Source: Chiloscyllium plagiosum
Lineage: Eukaryota
NCBI RefSeq assembly: GCF_004010195.1
Contig: NC_057717.1
Coordinates: forward strand, 105,719,927 to 105,745,425
Length of the DNA stretch: 25,499 bases
Direction of reading: 5' to 3'
Shown: positions 21,596 through 25,499 of the stretch, one piece after another
Numbering within the stretch: position 1 is the stretch's first letter
Layout of the letters: each line of letters begins with the position of its first letter
Made by a program: the position numbers and the translations under genes
Notes under the pieces: model-generated
What the model saw: the letters and a program-made list of their open reading frames with translations, nothing else
Told to the model about the DNA's origin: nothing
The model's database searches: none

Positions 21596-23204
21596 ATAAA
21601 AGTAATTGCACACAGAAAAGGGTAGATATCTACAATCCACACAAAGAACAGTGACTAGGTGCAATAATTTTTTTTTTAAGGAAGTAATAAGGTTGGGCTG
21701 TGGTGTTGGGTAAACGAGAAAATGAATGCAGGATCTGCTGCAAAGGATTGAATTCTGACTGTCAATGGGCAGACTCAGTTTAAACAATTTTTACAGCTAC
21801 TCAGTCTTCTTCATGGAGCATGTCACAGGATAAAAGGAACTCTCAGTGCCTCACTCACACAAATGCTAACTTTATGAACATACTGTGGCAGATCTCAGCC
21901 TTGCTATGACCTTGAAGTACACTCAGTAGTCACAACCAGCCGTGGGCTCACCTCCTGAACCTAAGGTTACTCAGGTCAATGGCAGCATTTCAACTCCTCT
22001 CAGCATTCTGAGACAATGAAACAAAGGGGTTTCCTTTCGAGTCCGACTGCTTTATTTGTACATCAACTTTTGCCATCGAAGAAATCTTGTCTTTGTTTCG
22101 GAGACAAAGGCCCACTGTTCCTATCGGCTACCTATTTCTCACTCAAAAACGCTCTGTGCATGAACGTCATCACATCTGTGGTGCGCTGAGCTCATTCATG
22201 GTTTCTGATTTTACCACAAATGCACATTTTGCGCTGGGCGAAAAACACAGTACAACTTGAAACATGGCTTTAAGGATCTCATCGACCTATCGGATAATAT
22301 TTTTGTAAAGAATTAGGGCAGTGTCCTCAGCACTTGGCATCAACCTCCTCAGAATGACCCATTTGATAGTCTTTGTACCAATAAAACGGGCCCACAAAGA
22401 AATCTGCTTCCTCTCTACCTATTCAAGGCTTGAAACTCAAGACCTCCAAAACCTCAAACCAAACCTCCAAATCATCCTTTAATTTTCCAGTCATCGGTAT
22501 TTCTTGATTGTCCTCATCAGTACCAAGGTTGAAAAGAGAAGGAATATCAACATTTTCCTCAGCTTCTCAACTGATGGTATGCCCAGGTAATAATGATGGA
22601 AGACTTTTCCATTGTCCACCTCAAGTGATAATATTTCACCACTTTTCCTTCCAAGTTGCAGTCAGCTGCAAGGCAATTCAATAAAACAAGGAACCAGTGT
22701 TCAAATATTTCTGTTACAATAACCAAAAACTCACCCAGTGTCTAATAACCGATTCCCAAAAATACAGGTACTGGAACCTCTTTGAAGAACTATTTCATCC
22801 AGTTTTTCTTCTCAGCTGGTGTGCCTCTGCTTGAAGGTTGGTGTTTGATTCACAGCAGTCTTTCTATACCTTCCAATCGCATGCCATCCTTTCCATTTAC
22901 CAAGAACATCCTTCAATTTCTAAGCCATCAAGCATGGATACTCTCTTCCTTACTCTGATTCTTTGAAATCTCCCCACCATGACGTCTTTTACACGTCTAG
23001 TTCATCTTAAAAATGCCCTACCAAGACCCTCTGCATTTTTATGACTAGGCCAACAGGTTTTTGTTTATTCTTTCTCTACGACACTATTACTTTCTCTGTG
23101 CTGATTGATTCCAATCTCCTCCAAACCCACATTTCGAAACTAGCCTGATCACAAAATTACAGAGAATTTGTCCCCTCTAACTTCAGATTCTTGGAGTAAC
23201 CTGA

Positions 23205-23772
23205 GAGACAGAGGCAGAAGGCAGCCATTCAGCCCATCAAGTCTGGTTCACCATGCATTAAGACTAAGGCTGCTGTCTCAGTCCTCAACTCAACTTTTTG
23301 CCTTTTCCCCTTAATCCTTGATTCCCTTACTGATGACAAATCTGTCTTGTCTCAGTCTTGACTATAGTAAATGACTCAGCCTCAACAGCCCTTTGTGCTA
23401 AAGAATTCTACAGATTCACTACCCGAGAAGAAATTCCTCCTCATCTCTCTTAAAATGGACAATCCCTTACTGAGATTATGCCCAGTGATCCAAGACTCTC
23501 CCACAAGGGAGAAACAACCTCTGTATCTGCCTTGTCAAGCCACAAAGATCTCTCTTTTATTAAGGTCTCCTCTCAATTTTCTGAACCCCATTAAGCACAA
23601 GCCCAATTTACTCAACCTCAAAAAACAAAACGTTCCATACCTGGAGATAAAACCAAAGAACATTCTTCAGCCTGCTTCAAACGCCAGTATATTTGTTCTC
23701 AGTTAAGGGAACTACAACTGCTCACACAGTATTCCAGCTGTGCACTGACCAGTGTTTATCCAGTTTCAACAA
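23205..23772 (-). mobile_element. CR1 LINE 3' fragment
   Basis: gccattcagcccatcaagtctg...aagaattctacagattcactacc...gaagaaattcctcctcatctc...caactgctcacacagtattccag, homologous to 2320-2840. Confidence 0.82.
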
Positions 23773-23782
23773 GACAGTGCAG

Positions 23783-23804
23783 GAGAGAGAGAGAGAGAGA
23801 GAGA
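23783..23804 (+). repeat. (GA)11 microsatellite
   Basis: Directly visible; lies at the start of the putative 5' UTR of the downstream CR1. Confidence 0.95.
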
Positions 23805-24147
23805 ACCTGCACAGTTATTGCCTTTGCTGTTTGAATTTGTGTATCACTGGACATCAGAGTGCATCCGGGAAAATTAACAAACACTGAAATTCACAACTAA
23901 TCTTGGAGGAACTGTTGGGCGAAGTTCACAGCACAGAATCAGATAAGTTAATTGTTGTTTTAAGTGTGTCCAAGAGAAAGGCTGCAGTAGTGAGTACAGT
24001 GGATTTGTTCTTGATTATATGTTTTTGGAGATAAGTCTTTTGATTAAACTTAAAATGTAAGTCATAGCTATTAATTTAACCTGGGACAGTGTTTGTCGAG
24101 GAATAAGAAAGTTATTTTCTGGGTCTGTAGATTGTGAAGGAGCAAAA

Positions 24148-25070
24148 ATGGCCTTTGCAGTGATATGTACTTCTTGTCAGATGTGGGAGTTTAAAAAGAG
24201 TTTAAGGGTTACTGTGGATTATATCTACCATCTTATCAGATCGAGTGGATTAGTTGAAGAGACAGATAGAAGCGATGAGAAAGTAGGGGGTGATGGATTC
24301 TCAGGGGAACGTAGCACGAACAGCTAAGTTTCTGGTATTGAGATTGGTTCTAATGCAACAAGGGGTACGTCAGCTTCTAAGAGATCAATTGTGTTAGGGG
24401 ATTCTGTAGTCAGAGGTACAGACGGACATTTCTGTGGCCAGCAGAGAAAAAGCAGACTGGTGTGTTCTCTGCCTGGTGCTAGGAGAAAGTGAGGACTGCA
24501 GATGCTGGAGATCAGAGCTGAAAATGTGTTGCTGGAAAAGCGCAGGTCAGGCAGCATCCAAGGAGCAGGAGAATCCACGTTTCGGGCATAAGCCCTTCTT
24601 CAGGCTCATGCCCAAAATGTCGATTCTCCTGCTCCTTGGATGCTGCCTGACCTGCTGCCTGACCTGATGTCTCAGAGAGGGTGCTGAATATTCTGACGGG
24701 GGAGAGGGGCCAGCAGGAGGTCATTGTCCACATTGGAACCAACGACACTGAAAGGGAAAAGATTGAGATTTTGAAGGGAGATTACAGAGAGTTCGGCAGA
24801 AATTTAAAAAGGAAGTCCTCAAGGGTAGTAATATCTGGATTACTCCCAGTGATACAAGCTCGTGAGGGCAGGAATAGGAGGATAGAGCAGATGAATGCAT
24901 GGCTGAGGAGCTGGTGTATGGGAGAAGGATTCACATTTTTGGATCATTGGAATCTCTTTTGGGGTAGAAGTGACCTGTACAAGAAGGACGGATTGCACCC
25001 AAATTGGAAGGGGACTAATATACTGGCAGGGAAATTTGCTAGAACTGCTTGGGAGGATTTAAACTGGTAA
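24148..25070 (+). pseudogene. CR1 ORF1 remnant (N-terminal CxxC plus SGNH/GDSL esterase domain), disrupted
   Basis: ATG at 24148 gives MAFAVICTSCQMWE. Block I IVLGDS (GDS at 24397-24405) and LPGAR precede the insertion; VIVHIGTND (block III) and DGLHPN (block V) follow it. Stop at 25068-25070. Confidence 0.88.
24482..24666. mobile_element. Palindromic PLE-derived miniature element (family A) inserted into CR1 ORF1
   Basis: Arms 24543-24594 and 24603-24654 (48/52 complementary, 8-nt loop). Minus-strand hammerhead CUGAAGA-A-GGGC(UUAU)GCCC-GAAAC-GUG at ~24603-24575. Tandem 12-mer ctgcctgacctg at the right end. Confidence 0.85.
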
Positions 25071-25187
25071 GATGGGGAGAATGGGACCCAGGGACATAGC
25101 GAGGAAAGAGATCGATCTGAGACTGGTACAGTTGAGAGCAGAAGTGAGTCAAACAGTCAGGGCAGGCAGGGACAAGGTAGGACTAAT

Positions 25188-25364
25188 AAATTAAACTGCA
25201 TTTATTTCAATGCAAGGGGCCTAACAGGGAAGGCAGATGAATTCAGGGCATGGTTAGGAACATGGGACTGGGATATCATAGCAATTACAGAAACATGACT
25301 CAGGGATGGGCAGGACTGGCAGCTTAATGTTCCAGGATACAAATGCTACAGGAAGGATAGAAAG
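25188..25364 (+). pseudogene. CR1 ORF2 N-terminus (APE-type endonuclease start) with a premature stop
   Basis: KLNCIYFNARGLTGKADEFRAWLGTWDWDIIAITET*LRDGQDWQLNVPGYKCYRKDRK; TGA at 25296-25298 replaces the usual ETW tryptophan. Confidence 0.88.
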
Positions 25365-25427
25365 ATGGATGTACACAGGATGTACACAGATCTTTGAAAG
25401 TTGCCACCCAGGTAAATAGTGCGGTGA

Positions 25428-25499
25428 GGAGAAAGTGAGGTCTGCAGATGCTGGAGATCAAAGTTGAAACTTTATTGCTGGAACAGCACAGCAGGTCAG
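25428..25499 (-). mobile_element. Start of another family A PLE-derived element, running off the window
   Basis: ggagaaagtgaggtctgcagatgctggagatca...gctggaacagcacagcaggtcag is closely similar to 24482-24550. Confidence 0.85.

Noticed and set aside
21907..21980. Nuclear-receptor half sites (tgaccttga, aggtca)
   Set aside because: Short motifs like these are expected by chance in 25 kb, and no conservation data support a regulatory call.
22731..23202. Minus-strand segment bounded by acceptor-like (tctctcag) and donor-like (gtgagt) motifs
   Set aside because: There are stop codons in all three frames within 60 nt of the acceptor; it is more likely an old repeat remnant or neutral DNA.
24681..25070. 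Standalone cellular GDSL lipase/esterase gene
   Set aside because: It sits directly upstream of a CR1 endonuclease start and downstream of a CxxC ORF1 N-terminus, so it is LINE ORF1.

Overview
Eukaryotic (vertebrate) non-coding DNA with no recognisable intact host gene, most likely intronic or intergenic sequence from a cartilaginous fish. The HE1-like V-SINE, HER1/CR1 LINEs and a SacSINE1-like DeuSINE point to a shark; this is an inference from repeat families recalled from memory. Roughly half of the window is decayed retroelements: many CR1-clade LINE fragments (including a nested stack at about 2300-9170 and a 5' end with an SGNH-esterase ORF1 at about 24150-25070), a solo LTR, two SINE types, and at least ten Penelope-like element (PLE) termini. 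The most interesting signal is that the PLE-derived pieces carry minimal type-I hammerhead ribozyme motifs (CUGAnGA - stem II - GAAA - self-complementary stem III - UH) of three sequence families whose stems co-vary. Several are arranged as short palindromic, MITE-like miniatures that look like a deletion series from a roughly 1 kb internally deleted PLE. There is a 393-nt assembly gap at 5690-6082. Family names and consensus comparisons come from memory, not database searches, and element boundaries are approximate.
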